Shown in pieces: positions 51,786 through 64,000 of a stretch of DNA of 64,000 nucleotides. The position numbers were made by a program, and so were the translations under genes. Below the pieces are notes generated by a model. It saw only the letters and a list, made by a program, of their open reading frames with translations. It was not told where the DNA came from and did not search any database. Every line of letters begins with the position of its first letter. The first letter of the stretch is position 1. This DNA is from Callorhinchus milii. Lineage: Eukaryota. The stretch covers positions 17,920,001-17,984,000 of the forward strand of contig NW_024704742.1 in NCBI RefSeq assembly GCF_018977255.1, read 5' to 3'.

Positions 51786-52095
51786 TGTCAGCCTAGTTCA
51801 GTGGTAGCACTCTCGCCTCTGAATCAAAAGGTTGTGGGTTCAAGTCCCACATCGGACATATTCTAAATTGACACTCTGATGCAGTGCTGGGGGTGTGTTA
51901 CATTTTTAGAGGTGCTGCCCTTTGGATGAAATGTTAAACCGATGTCCTATCTGCGTCTTCAGGTGGACATTAAAGATCCCATGGCACTATTTGAAAAGAG
52001 AAAGGAGTTTCTCCCAGTGTCCTAGCAAATAAATCCCCCAAATAAAATTGTTCACTCATTGTTTTGTGAGGACAATGCTGCTTTGTGGGACAATT
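51786..52095 (+). mobile_element. Deu-like SINE
   Basis: Head with B-box ggttcaagtcc; core gaggtgctgccctttggatgaaatgttaaaccga...cattaaagatcccatggcactatttg. Confidence 0.8.
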
Positions 52096-52197
52096 TTTGG
52101 ATAGTCATGACGAGTTTTAAAATAATGATGCTTTCATTTTACCCTACATCGTTCAATGATGCCAACAGTGATAAACGTGAATAACATTTCACCTTAC

Positions 52198-52256
52198 CTT
52201 TTGTTTTTCCTCTGCCCTGGCAGCCTGTTTACAGATTGGATGCCAGATAGAAGTAC
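52198..52256 (-). CDS. ablim2: ablim2 exon, 59 nt (end of LIM4): GTSIWHPICKQAARAEEKQK
   Basis: ctgtag|GT...AAG|gtaag; WHPxC motif; phase 1 to 0. Confidence 0.96.
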
Positions 52257-52424
52257 CTACAGCAAATAAAAGTTTGAAAAAAAGGAATCATAAAAGCAGA
52301 AAACAGAGAAATTATCAACTTTTTTTAAAAAAGGTTCATTTTATTCTAAAACCTGAATATGTGGAAAATGCACAACAAACCACAGAACGCCAGATTAACA
52401 TTTAGGGAGACAGCTCCAAAGCAC

Positions 52425-52535
52425 CCACAAAATACACAGTGGATTCACATTACAGTATATCCTGTGAAGCGCATTGAGACTCCTCAATGATGTGATAAGG
52501 GCCTATATGAAATGCAAGGATTATTATTATTATTT
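52425..52535 (+). mobile_element. SINE 3' tail
   Basis: cacaaaatacacagt...aaatgcaaggattattattattatt. Confidence 0.8.
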
Positions 52536-53721
52536 TATGATTATCTGCTTCTGTTTCAAATGCTGAACACTTTTATCATTTTCTGTGTTTGTGTTTCAAA
52601 TTTACAGCATTTCGTTTTTCCTACTTCGATTAATTACACTTGTCTTACGTGGTTGTCTTCCTTTGATTGCAAAGGATCATTTAATGAATGAATTAGCTGA
52701 GAACCGGTTGTAATGGTAGCATTGGGGTTTAGAGAAAGCTTGTTGTGAAACGGTTGCAAGGTGCTCCAGGGCTCAACTTACTTCGATGTAGAGAACGACC
52801 TAATGTGAGCATGCACAGCAAATGGATTCACATTTCAAACATGCTTTAACGAATAATACACAATAAACACGTGTGTATTCTAATGAGTCTGGACTGTACA
52901 TAAATCACCTTCATTTGGAACTGAATGACCAGAATAAATTTACAGGCAGTCATGGGAATTAAACCCAGGGCATTTTTGGAATGAGGACTTAGCGCCTGTA
53001 GTAGAAGTTTCTATTACAACAAAAATAAAATTTGTCTGCTAATGACAATGCGCTAAGGTATTAATTGCTAAATAAAATACTCCTTAAAAATATTTTTAAG
53101 GGAAGTTATTGCCAGCATTTAGCATGCTGATCATGAATAATATAAATAATTTATACCGTGGATCAATACTTTGCTTTTAATATGTTATTTCCTTGTTCGG
53201 AAATGTAATACAATGAAAATGAAAATGACTCACTCCACCAAACATCAATACTGCTTAGATCATGTCTTACATTACGCATGTGTTAAAAAATGCTCTTGGA
53301 TAAAAATAGCTCATTTTCAGATAATTTTTTAAATCAACGTCACTGGGGTTCAGCAAACCTGCTCACTCCGGTACATTCTTTAGAATAAACCTAATGAAAT
53401 TGCTCAATACCATGAAATCTCGAGTTTCTGATCACTAGGACAAGGCTGATTAATCAGTGAAGTGTATAATGTAGGTTATACTTGTGAGAGTTTTCAATTT
53501 TTTAAATTGGACTTGTGAGAAGAACACAAAAGGGGAAAACAGATAGCTAATGGTATCGGAAATTGATATCTTTAAATTTGGAAAAGCCCATGAAATGACA
53601 TTGAATATCAGCCAAAATGGAAAACCTTGTTTGTTTTGTGACAGTTTTCTCATGAAATGGTAAATCAGTGTATTCAGAGTCTTCTGGATCAAAACACTGA
53701 TTGCTAAAAGTTTTATCCATT

Positions 53722-53960
53722 TTGATCGCCCGGCTATCTGACATATACACAAACCCATCATCATGCTTCAGACTTTTCAAAACAGAAGGTTTCACCTATG
53801 TATTGCCTCCCACACGTGGTAATTTCTGTTTCTGGAATGAAATGCGCACTCTTTCCCTGGAGGGACAAACCCTACTTCACTATTTATTGAGACTATTAGG
53901 TGCAGGTTGTCAAGAGCCAAGGCTTGCCCAGTTTGCAATACTGCTGGGATTTAAACACAT
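53722..53960 (-). repeat. Unclassified dispersed repeat, copy E
   Basis: aaacccatcatcatgcttcag...caagagccaaggcttg...tactgctgggatttaa. Confidence 0.75.
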
Positions 53961-53964
53961 CTGA

Positions 53965-54380
53965 CAAGTTAAGTTTGTTACATCAAGGCTTGACTACGCC
54001 AATCCTCTGCTTGTCGGCCTCCCCACCTCTACCCTCCACAAGCTGCAGATCATTTCCTACCTCTGTGACCTGCTAACACGATATTGACGTGTATGTTCCC
54101 TCTGCTCAGCAAGCTCCAGCCTTCTCCATGTCTCCCACCTGGCCCGCCCCACCATCGGTGATCGGGCCTTCAGCCTCTCTGCCCCCACTCTTTGAAACTC
54201 CATTCCGCAGTCCCTTTGCCTCGCTCCCTCCCTTGCCTCGCTCAAGACATGTCTCAAGATCCTCCTCTTCAATCACACCTTCGGTCACCTTTCAACCGCT
54301 CCTCTCCCTGCCCTCCACCCCTCCTGATCCCAATCCCATGCTCGGATCCAAATTTGTGACTGTCCAGCGCTTTGCAACTA
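53965..54380 (+). mobile_element. L2 3' fragment
   Basis: FVTSRLDYANPLLVGLP remnant and 3' region. Confidence 0.88.
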
Positions 54381-54511
54381 CACATAATGCAGAGCAGCAC
54401 AAAGCAAGAAACTTGTTGAATTTCTTCCAAAGTTGACTGAATGCAAACCTAGACAGTACAATAAGAATCTAAGATCATTTTACAAAGACTTTTGTTGGGT
54501 ATTTTTTGTAC

Positions 54512-54599
54512 CTTGCAGATACATCTCTTCCCCTTCTGCAAACATCTCCTCGCATCTGGCACATCGTGCACAATCTGGGTGATAATGTTTTTCTCCCGC
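54512..54599 (-). CDS. ablim2: ablim2 exon, 88 nt (LIM4): AGEKHYHPDCARCARCEEMFAEGEEMYLQ
   Basis: ttttgcag|GCG...CAAG|gtac; HxxCxxCxxC zinc ligands; phase 0 to 1. Confidence 0.96.
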
Positions 54600-54739
54600 C
54601 TGCAAAAGAAAATAAAGTTTGCGCTTTGAATCTTCCATGTCAGCAACAGTTCAAAATCTAAAATGTTTCACTCATTTACATTAACTGCAAGATCATTCAT
54701 AAAACACTGTGTTTTCATGGTATATTTATATTTATCAAT

Positions 54740-54825
54740 TGACATCGCCAAGAGAGAGCATGTAGACGAGGAAGTTGAGGCGACCAAGGATGGAGTCCTG
54801 TGGTACTCCACAGAAGACCGGGAGT
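54740..54825 (-). mobile_element. Short L2 RT fragment
   Basis: Minus strand reads CGVPQDSILGRLNFLVYMLSLG. Confidence 0.65.
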
Positions 54826-55539
54826 CCAGATATATTACGTTATTATGCGGCTTCCCACAGTCAATGAGATCGAACAGACAAGATCAACCCGTTCTGAACT
54901 GTGTTAACTGTCAATTATTAAATGGTGTTTATAGGTAATCTTCCACTTCTGATGATTGACTCCATAATTTTTCCTATTACAGTTACCAGGTTTAATTTTG
55001 TTACCATTCTTGAATATGTGAATAATATCTGCTTGGTTCTGGTCAGTTGGAACCTCCCCAGCCCTATTTGACTCACTCATAATGCCTGCACAAATCTACT
55101 TCCTTGTCTCCTTCTGTACCCTGGGCTACAGTTCATCCATCTCATCCTCATAAATACAGATTCCAATTTTTTGTTTTGTAAGCGTTACTATAAAATATTA
55201 TTTACATGCAAATTCTTCCTTGTGGCAGATGTAGGATTCGCTGTTGTAGTAAACATTTGCAGCCATGAGGTAATGCTCACAGCTTGATTCTCTGTAAGTA
55301 ATTTTTAATTTTATATACGTGCAACCACTAAATGAGGGTCACATATATGCAAGCTGTGTTTTTGTTTTAAAACATGATCTTACATGTTTCACCTTGATTA
55401 GATACAGAAGAACCTACTTAAATAATGTATTTAATGTATACTTAATTTGCACTGTAGTCTAGTCTATTGAGAATAATAATTTAACTATCGGTGGTAAAAT
55501 TATTTCCGACATTAATTCTGGGCTACCCACTGATAATCC

Positions 55540-56017
55540 CACCACAGGCTGCAGATCATTCAAAACTCTGCAGCCTGTCCTCTCCCGCACTAGACTCCGC
55601 GACCCTATCACCCCCATCTTCGCCCAACTCCACTGGCTTCCCATCACACAGAAGATACAGTTCAAGATCTTGGTCTTCACCTTCAAAGCCCTTCACGGTC
55701 TTGCTCCCCCCTATCTCTGCGACATCCTAACCCCCACCATCCTGTTCGCTCACTCCTCTCAGCGGGCTCCGGTCTGATTCACGTCCCCCGCCTTGCTGGC
55801 CCCATTATTGGCGGGCGGCCCTCGCCCCCTCCCTTGCCACCTTCAAGACCCATCTCAAGACCTTCCTTTTCGTCTGTGCTTTCGATCTCCCTGCTTCCCC
55901 CCCTGGCCTCCACCCTCCCCGAACCCCATCTCGGGTCCATAACTCTGTCTGTCCAGCGCTTTAGGACGTGCTTCCGACGTGAAAGGCGCTATACAAATGT
56001 AATTTTGTTGTTGTTGT
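55540..56017 (+). mobile_element. L2 3' fragment
   Basis: ITPIFAQLHWLPITQKIQFKILV; tail gacgtgaaaggcgctatacaaatgtaatt+(TTG)n. Confidence 0.92.
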
Positions 56018-56419
56018 TCTCTCATATAATTATTATTATTATATTCACTAGCAGGAAGGTACTACTGAGACTATGGGAAAGGGGAAGTACAGTCAGGAAC
56101 ACTCCAAACAGATTTTCATCTCCACATTTATTTCTACCAATGACAGAGATAATAGTAGGCACAAACTGACCTTACTTCAGTTGCTATTGAAACACGAGAC
56201 TCACTGCAATTGGGCTTACAACCTGGAACCTCATCCTCAATGGGACAAATACTCTATTCAGGCTGAATTGAAGTGCTCAACATGAAAAGAGATCTTACAA
56301 AAAGGGCAGAATTACAAACTGCTGTTCCCAATAGTCTCCTGGCAGTGAGGAGAGAAATAACATATAAATTCTACTCAAAAACATATGAAGAATGTTTTAT
56401 GTCAATGAATGGTAAATGT

Positions 56420-56725
56420 GTCAACATGGCTCGATTGATAGCACTCTCATCGCTGAATCAGAAGTGGATTCAAGCCTTATGACAGGACTTTGAATTCACA
56501 CTCAAGGCTGACACTCCAATACAGTACCGGGCATATGCTAGATTGCCACAGGTACCATCCTTTGGGTGAGACTTTAAACTAAGATTCTGCATGCCTGTTC
56601 AGATTGACATTGAAAATTCCACTGCACTATTAGAAAAGAGAAGGGAATTTCTCTTGGTGACTTGGTGAACAGATACATTTTGTCATTCACTTCATGGCTG
56701 TTTGTCAGACAGTGCTATATGAAAT
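56420..56725 (+). mobile_element. Deu-like SINE
   Basis: aggctgacactcca...tttgggtgagactttaaact...cctgttcagattgacattgaaaattccactgcactatt. Confidence 0.7.
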
Positions 56726-57335
56726 TGGGGATGGAGGTTTGAGTGAAGTATAAACACATGTTGGGCTGACTAGCCTCTTTATTGGTGTTTCATCCTATGC
56801 AATTCTATGTACTCATGAAGTAGTGTCTCACAGCTGTAACACCAAGTTTACAACTGAATTCACCAACAATCTACAAACTATAGGTCATGGAAATATTTCT
56901 TCAATAGTTCTTCATTGAATATCTATTAATCTATACCTGAAGCTATCCATTGCCATTCTAGCTGATTACACTGGTTATTCACTTCTTGGCCGTTTGTCAA
57001 AAAAAATTGCCTTGTTTGTCTACAAAATACAAAGTCAATACATTTTACTGTAAATCCTGTGAAGACTTGTGAGATGTCTTCTTGATGTGAAAGGTGCTAT
57101 ATCAGATGCAAGGGTTATTGCTTATTATTATTAAATGAATTAACTGATAGACAAATTTCAACTGGCAAAATTAACTGTAAATACAGCGCTTTTTGGCCAG
57201 AACTCCTGAAAATCCTTCCATCAAATAAATGCAGAAAGTGGTGTTGCTTCACAGGAGATCTTCCTTCAAGTACTACTAATGTGTAACGATTTTCAATCAG
57301 ATATTGAATACCTGTGCCCCAGTGCTCTGACCTGT

Positions 57336-58347
57336 GTGGTAAACATAAACAAAAAAGGTGGAGCTGGAATGTCTCTTCATTGAAATGCACAGCTGAACAA
57401 TATTGAGCGAGTTTGCTCTGCAGCTTCTCTGGATTGAATGAATTTTTAGATCTATATAAAGGCACTATTTTCATTTTGCCAAATCAATTGCTTGTACAGG
57501 GAGAAATGCAATGCATCATTTTCAAAAGGATGACCTGGCCTGTGAGTGACACAGTAATATGCAATTTCAATGTAATTTATGCTACAGTAATCTGTTTGTA
57601 AACAGAAAACCAGTTTTTCATTTTCAGATAATTTACGACCAACGCATTTACACACAAATCACACTCTGGTTGCCAGTTTCAATATTTCTTTTTATTCCTT
57701 TATATTTATAAATCTATCAATTGTTTTTGTTTGAGCAGAACATGCCCTCACTACTAACGGCAACATTTCTTATGCAACTTTCAACAACACTTTTTCAAAA
57801 ATGATAAAGGATTTAAAGAGCATTGGAAATGCTTAATTATTCACTGATTTGTGTGTACACTGGGTTATTTAGTCACAAAATGCTCAGGAAAATCGGGTTT
57901 GATTCTGGCTAGTGGTGGAGGAAGACCAAACACACTCTTTGACAAACATTATGTTCTGGGTTTCCCAGGTCAGATGTAACACTTGGGCAAATATTGTGCT
58001 CTCACAATTTTATCTCACGTAAAACAGATTTCACCCCCCCCTCCCCTCCTCCTTTCTGCATGCCAGCAATACAATCCATAATTGATCGAGATTGACAAGT
58101 GCTAATCGGGGTCAAATTATGAATCATTTAAGGAATTGTTTAATTCACTCAATTAATCACTCTGCTATCAGTGGTAAACATAAACAAAAAGGTGGAACTT
58201 GAATGTCTTCTTCGTTGAAATGCACAGCTGAACTGCCGAGGAAGCCGAGTTTGTTTGATCTTGAGTTGCGGAAGATAACAGTTGACATTACTTTGTCCTA
58301 AGCCACTTTACACAGATGCACTTTCTGCAGGAGTCTCTGGATTGAAG
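57336..58347. repeat. Local imperfect direct duplication (57336-57438 and 58171-58347)
   Basis: Both copies read gtggtaaacataaacaaaaa(a)ggtgga..t.gaatgtct..ttc.ttgaaatgcacagctgaac...tctctggattgaa. Confidence 0.85.
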
Positions 58348-59697
58348 TAAGGAGTTGGGAGTATGTTTAATTTTCCTCTCCTCTCCTGAAGCTGCTATTT
58401 TGATACTGGCTGACAACTGCTAACATAATGCATTTCAGTATTTAAACCTGGACCTCCCTGGTTCACTACCAGACCACCCAATCCAGTCATCACCTGAACT
58501 AGCAGAGGAATCCTCCCCTTCCGCCACCACCAAATCCATCGATTTTCAACTTCACTTTGGAATAATGTACAGAGGTTGAAGCTGGGCTTTGTAAGCAAAA
58601 TCCTCAAAGAGTGGCCAGAACAACAAGAGGTAGCAACAGCCAAGAAAGCTCTCTGCCACAAGTTCAATTATGAAACCCACCAGGCATCTATACTGGTAGG
58701 AGTTCTGTATTCAGAGAATTCAAAACAAAACCAAATGCATCAGATTATTCTGCATAGTATAAATGTTATAGTGGCAAAGAGGAGTTGAATCACCCTGTTT
58801 GTTAGATTTGTCTCCTGTTTGCCCTATTCTACTATTTAAATATCATATCATAATGGTGCTTTTGTAAAATAAAATGTACTTGCGTTGGAAGGCATCATCA
58901 TTTCTGAATCCTGACCAGATAGAGCCATCCAGAGCAAACGGTCCAGAAATTAAACAGACTCTGAGTTTCCTCAATAGTGTCATGCTATAAAACACTTCAA
59001 TACAATTCTCATCTGAACAATGTTTTAGCTAGTTAGCTTTAGATTGCATATATCTGCTACTCTCCATATATCTCCACTCATCCCACAAGTACTATTGACT
59101 GCTACCAGTTTAGGACTTTCCCATTCTTCCCCCTTATTCATCTTGAGTTGAAATTAACCGCTATAGTATTGTTAGAACAGAGAAACTACCAATTATTACA
59201 GTAACTATATCGACAACAATTTATATTTATATAATGCCTTTCACTTTGAGAGGATGTAAATTGTTGCTACTGCCTAAATTTGATTCTCTGAGCCAGTTGC
59301 CTTCTCTTTTCCATATTCAACTATTCAAATAAAGAGGGTCCCAGGGTTTAAGACTTGGCATGGGCTGAGTTAGATTTTTTTGGCAGGGAGTATGTTGGGT
59401 GAAATGCCCCCCACACAAACACACACAGTGATGTTTCTTTTTTGTGCTAGATTTAAATAAACGTTAATTCTTCTATTGATCAAAACAGAATAGCTCTGAT
59501 TATTTTATTCTAACAACTAATTGAACTGGACTGAAATAAATCCATTAGTCAGTGCCTTGTGGCATCCTGAAACAAACAAATCGGGAAGCTCCCTGGTGTA
59601 CAGTCAATTGGCTGATTTCAGCTGGGTCAGCAATAAGGGTAGTACAATTAGTCTCAGTAACCTTGGATGCATCAATCTTCTTAGTTTAATTGCCCTT

Positions 59698-59760
59698 TAA
59701 GAACATAAGAATATAAGAATTAGGAGCAGGAGTAGGCCATTCGGCCCTTCTTGCTCCTAC
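59698..59760 (-). mobile_element. CR1 3' tail
   Basis: taagaacataagaatataagaattaggagcaggagtaggccattcggccc. Confidence 0.75.
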
Positions 59761-59873
59761 ATGCTATAAACACATGAAGGATGCCCTTTAAATGCAAGTT
59801 GCTGTTGTTGGGGGAAGAGGAAAACCCAACCAGGTTTTTGACTCTTCATTTCTATCCATTGATCCTTACAGTA

Positions 59874-60055
59874 TTTTTTGTTGTTTAACCAGGTGTCTTC
59901 ACACATCCATCACCATGCTTCAGAGTATACAAACCAACCTGAACTCCATGCATCCCACCTATACGTGGGAATTCCTGTACATTGGATTGGAATGCATACT
60001 CTCTACCTGGAGTGATGCATCCTGCTTGCCTAATTCTGGAGACTATTAGGTGAGA
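59874..60055 (-). repeat. Unclassified dispersed repeat, copy F
   Basis: ccatcaccatgcttcagagt...ccatgcatcccacctat...gcctaattctggagactattagg. Confidence 0.75.
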
Positions 60056-60090
60056 GCCTAGTAATGTGTGTGTGTGTTTATATATATATA

Positions 60091-60643
60091 TCTTCTATCT
60101 ATACAAATAAAACAACAATGTCTGTCTGTGCTTCAAGAAGGATCTCAATAACTGATTGATGTAGAGACATGATTTATACCTCATCGGAAAGGTCTTATGC
60201 TTGGAAGTGACATGGATATATTTGTTTCAGGTATCTCATATCGTTTATGAGTTATTTTCAGTTTGTGTTTTTTACTGCAGTTACACCTGGTGGCTGCCGA
60301 GTCAAAGTGGAGCCATGGCATTGTATGTTGCAGAGCACCTACGTATGTACACACAAACTGCAGTTATACCTGGTGGTTGCATCGGCTGACCATAGCGCTG
60401 TGGCATCCTGTGTCACAGAGCACGTACGTAGCCAAGCGGTGGGAACAAAATGAAGAACACAGACGAAGCTAAGTTGCAGCAACAACAACAAAATTACATT
60501 TTTAAAGCACCGAGTCCTCCCAAAAGGAGTCCTCTCAGATGAGTATAAAAATGAAATGTCTGTTTGTGTGTCTGTCTGTGTGTCAATCTACATTCCATAT
60601 TGTATACTTTGGTTGCAAGCGAAGCTGCAACAGGTACAGCTAG
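60091..60643 (+). mobile_element. Non-autonomous Helitron (rolling-circle element)
   Basis: A|TC 5' start in a (TA)n tract; 3' hairpin ttgcaagc-gaa-gctgcaa then CTAG|T; no TIRs or TSD; subterminal tgtctgtctg motif; internal 83-bp tandem pair. Confidence 0.75.
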
Positions 60644-60865
60644 TATTATATATATGAGTGTGGCCTCACCTGTGAGGTTCTCTATGGCTGAATAAGCTGA
60701 AAGCAATCAAAAATGAAGAATGGCCACTAGACAGAGAGCTACTAGGATTTCCAAGCACCATGTTTCAGACCCCAGGATGAGTCACTGCCATCAGGTGAGA
60801 AGGACAGAAAAAGAAGACTGAGGAAGGCAAAGGATTGGAGAACAGAGAAAAAAAGAACTTCTTAC

Positions 60866-60959
60866 CTCTAAGACTCTGCCAGTGATGAATTTCTCACAAC
60901 GCTCACATTTTATACCAAACTGAGAGTGATAGTCAGCCTCACAGTAAGGAGCCCCAGCC
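60866..60959 (-). CDS. ablim2: ablim2 exon, 94 nt (end of LIM3/start of LIM4): AGAPYCEADYHSQFGIKCERCEKFITGRVLE
   Basis: ttttgtag|G...GAG|gtaag; LIM motif YCxxDY..CxxC; phase 2 to 0. Confidence 0.96.
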
Positions 60960-61887
60960 CTACAAAATGAACAGAGACTTAGCAAGCACATTAACAACAT
61001 AGCATTTTAGGCAGGAGAAACTGAATTTGAAATAAAAACACTGCCAACATAGCATAGGTTTCAGATCTAACTCAATCATTAGGTATAATACTATACAATT
61101 GCATTTCCTATCAGAAGTAAAACCTTGACACAATTTGCTGAAATAAATGGGTCAGTTAGTGTTTAATAGGTTTAGTTTTCTTCATTTTTTTCAGTATCTC
61201 AAAACATAATCCTGGAATGCAGCATTTCAAAGCTGCTTCAAGGATAATGACTGAACCAAACCAAACCCTGTAAAGCTGCCCAAAAAGACTGCTGCAGCTT
61301 TGAAAGCAGACACTCGATGAACGCTAATCCATGGTGGTTTGTACCATATTCAGCTTACTTTAGTCACCAACATTATTACAGAACACATTTTAACTTCGAT
61401 CCTTAATTAAAGAATGTATTACTGCTTTATTTGCCTCAATGACACTATTTAAAGCAGCGGATCATTTTTAACTGTAATCTTTCATTAAACTGTGAAATAA
61501 ACCTCCAACCTCACCATCTCTCAGCATGTGAAACAAACTAAATGTATTTCATATATAGTACAGCAAATCAAAAAGCAAATTTGTCAACCACTGCAGAAAT
61601 TTGTCAACCAGCATGCAATACAGATGCAGATGATGGTTTGCCATCTTTAATTTCAACCAGTATTGTACTAACAAGATATGCTAAACACATTATGTTCCAC
61701 CTTCATGCAATAAATCGAGTTTCAGACACACACAGACCCAAGTAGAGGGATAACTGCCTTATTGAATCAATATTCTCTTCCGATGCATCAGCATGTTTAT
61801 ATAAAAAATTAATATGACACAAGTGGTGATGCAGCTCACGTATTTGTGGCTGCAATATTGTGATGGCAAATGTATTGTGAATGACAT

Positions 61888-61995
61888 TTATAATCCTTGC
61901 ATTTGATACAGTGCTTTTCACGTCTTCTAGACATCTCAAAGTGCTTCACAAAAAATACTGTAAAGTGAATTGACTGTATATTTGTGGGCGAAAAT
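61888..61995 (-). mobile_element. SINE 3' fragment
   Basis: taatccttgcatttgatacagtgcttttcacgtcttctagacatctc. Confidence 0.85.
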
Positions 61996-62882
61996 ATTTC
62001 ACAGGATTATAAGAGAGGTTTGGGTGTTGAAACCCATTTCTCTGACCTCATCATTCCAGAATAACAATTTTACAGTCTTACCAAGATGGCATCAAGCAAT
62101 TTCCAAAACACTTACAATTTCTGGGAGAAAGTTTGTAATTTGTACGTACTATATGTGAAGACTCGTTTATCTAGAAGAATGTCATGTAAAATATAAAGAA
62201 TTGTCTGTTACACATTTCGTCTCTGTAAAACACCTTGAGACCTTTTCCTGCATGAAAGATGCTAGATAAGTTCAAATTGTCGTTGCTGTTGTGGAAAAAC
62301 CTATCTGAATAGGAAAATTCATCTGCTTTTGACACTGCTATTTGGCAGCTTTTCTTTAAGCCTTCAAAGTTTAACTATTTGTAAAATAAGGTAAGTATTC
62401 ATGACTTTAGCATTTTAGTTCTTTCAGTACATATTGACTTAGAAAGACATTTTAGTGAATATTTACTAAATGCGTATTAGTAGTTTGGATTATCATTCAT
62501 AACTTTTAGATTTTATCTTATTCAGATTAAGCTGTTCAAAACACAGGATGTGCCAGCGAGAATCAAACTAGGGGAACTAAACTCACGTTTATAAACAGAT
62601 ATGATTTTAGGGAGTTTCAAAGGCAGCATTTTAGGGCAGCATCCATTTGTCTTGGAAACATTGTACTTCAAGTTCCTTTGACAGATGTGAGTAAGCATTT
62701 CCATTCAGTAACATCTGGTTTATTGAGCAGCAATGAAACTGTGACCCACTCCAAGGCTGTCAGAATAAAAGAATTAAACGGGCCATCATAATCACTGGAA
62801 AACAAAAATTTGTTTTCCACTGGGTTTTTGACAAAATATGTTTTTCTGGTCTACAAGTTCACAAGATAGTTCAGAGGAAGAA

Positions 62883-62921
62883 GGCTCTTTGCCCCATTTG
62901 ATGGCTCTTTGCCCCATTTGA
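62883..62921. repeat. 20-bp-period tandem duplication (ggctctttgccccatttga x2)
   Basis: Directly visible. Confidence 0.9.
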
Positions 62922-63751
62922 CCAGAACACCCAACTGTATACCCATTACAGTATTTTTCCTGTTGTCTGTCCTAAAATTACTTTTGCAACTGTTTCCCCT
63001 TGTTCTCCTGCATCTTGGTGCATCTCGATGCATCCAACAATATTATTCTGGATTTATTTTCACAATCTCATTTAAAATCATTTGTACTTCTGTAAGGTAA
63101 TTTCTCAAACATCTCTTTTCAAGACCATGTACATTTTTTGTTAGTTTCATTTGTTCTTCTAATCTCATGTGCTATGTCTCTTCTCCTTGATTACAAATCA
63201 CCCATTAACCCGTGAAGGTACCTCATCCTAACACAAGGCTGCTGCCTTTTTCGAAACAGAAGACAGTTGGGTGTTTTGGTTCGGATGAGATCAAATGCAC
63301 CAAAGATGTGGAAAGAGAAACCTCTTGCTTATACTACACAAAACAAGAGGTTTGATAGTTAAATTATTATTGGTCTTAGATGTAGAAAGTGACTTGTGAT
63401 ACTCACATGTGCACGCACTTGACACCAACATGGGATCACAAACACGTATAAACTTTTACAACATTCTCTTCACTAAATTCTATGCTTCATTTGTACATAA
63501 GCTTAAAACTTAAAACTTAATCGTATTTTGCAAAAAAACGTATACTCTTTAATTTATTTTTGTTTCCTTTTATTTCTCCTCCACACTTCAATGCCAAGCA
63601 CCATGTCCATTTTTATATATCAAAAACCTTAATTTGCATTAATTTTAAAATGATCAAAAGTTACTATGTAGTACTTCAAATAAAGAATGTTAAAGACAGA
63701 TAATGTAAACTGTCAGATATGTTCATTTTGTTGTTCACAGCATTTTGTTCA

Positions 63752-63878
63752 TTTTGTTTCACCCACAAAATATACAGTTAATTCACTTTGCAGTATATTC
63801 TGCGAAGCGCTTTGAGACATTTCGAAGACGTGATAAGGAGCTATATCAAATTCAAGGATTATTATTATTATAATTATT
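63752..63878 (+). mobile_element. SINE 3' fragment
   Basis: cccacaaaatatacagttaattcactttgcag...tcaaattcaaggattattatt. Confidence 0.85.
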
Positions 63879-64000
63879 CTCAGCTTTCTGAATATATTAC
63901 TTTTCACCTGAGTATGAGAGTAGCCAGAGTTGAAGTAGTTTTGAGCTTCCAAACCAGTAAATGTAACATTTGCTCCTTATACCACTGGACATAGCTTCAG

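Noticed and set aside
53547..53795. 82-aa minus-strand ORF as an extra exon or nested gene
   Set aside because: It starts inside unclassified repeat copy E and has no recognisable domain; the flanking ablim2 exons already join in frame within LIM4
57115..57474. CSAVHFNEE motif reminiscent of a THAP domain
   Set aside because: It lacks the other C2CH ligands and the AVP motif; the duplicate copy reads SSAVHF

Overview
This is vertebrate genomic DNA, not prokaryotic. The SINE/L2/CR1 repeat landscape suggests a cartilaginous fish, probably a holocephalan such as Callorhinchus (inference). The window lies inside one large minus-strand gene, actin-binding LIM protein 2 (ablim2). I read 16 GT-AG coding exons between 60959 and 16522. 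They splice into one stop-free 1303-nt frame (1 nt + 434 codons) covering the end of LIM3, all of LIM4, the Ser/Pro-rich middle region and the first half of the villin headpiece. The 5' exons and the terminal headpiece exon were not found and probably lie outside the window. The introns hold L2 and CR1 LINE fragments, a young tRNA-derived SINE with an L2-type tail, older Deu-domain SINEs, relics of another ancient SINE, an unclassified six-copy retroposon-like repeat and one non-autonomous Helitron. Most ORF-track entries are spurious or repeat-derived. I see no evidence of a new biological system. The best leads are an 8-nt microexon, three consecutive frame-neutral exons each followed by an RBFOX motif, the Helitron, the unclassified repeat with a stem-loop, a nested inverted L2 pair and a duplicated forkhead-motif element. 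A 210-nt poly-C run is probably an assembly artefact. Family names come from memory of consensus sequences, not database searches, and repeat boundaries are approximate.
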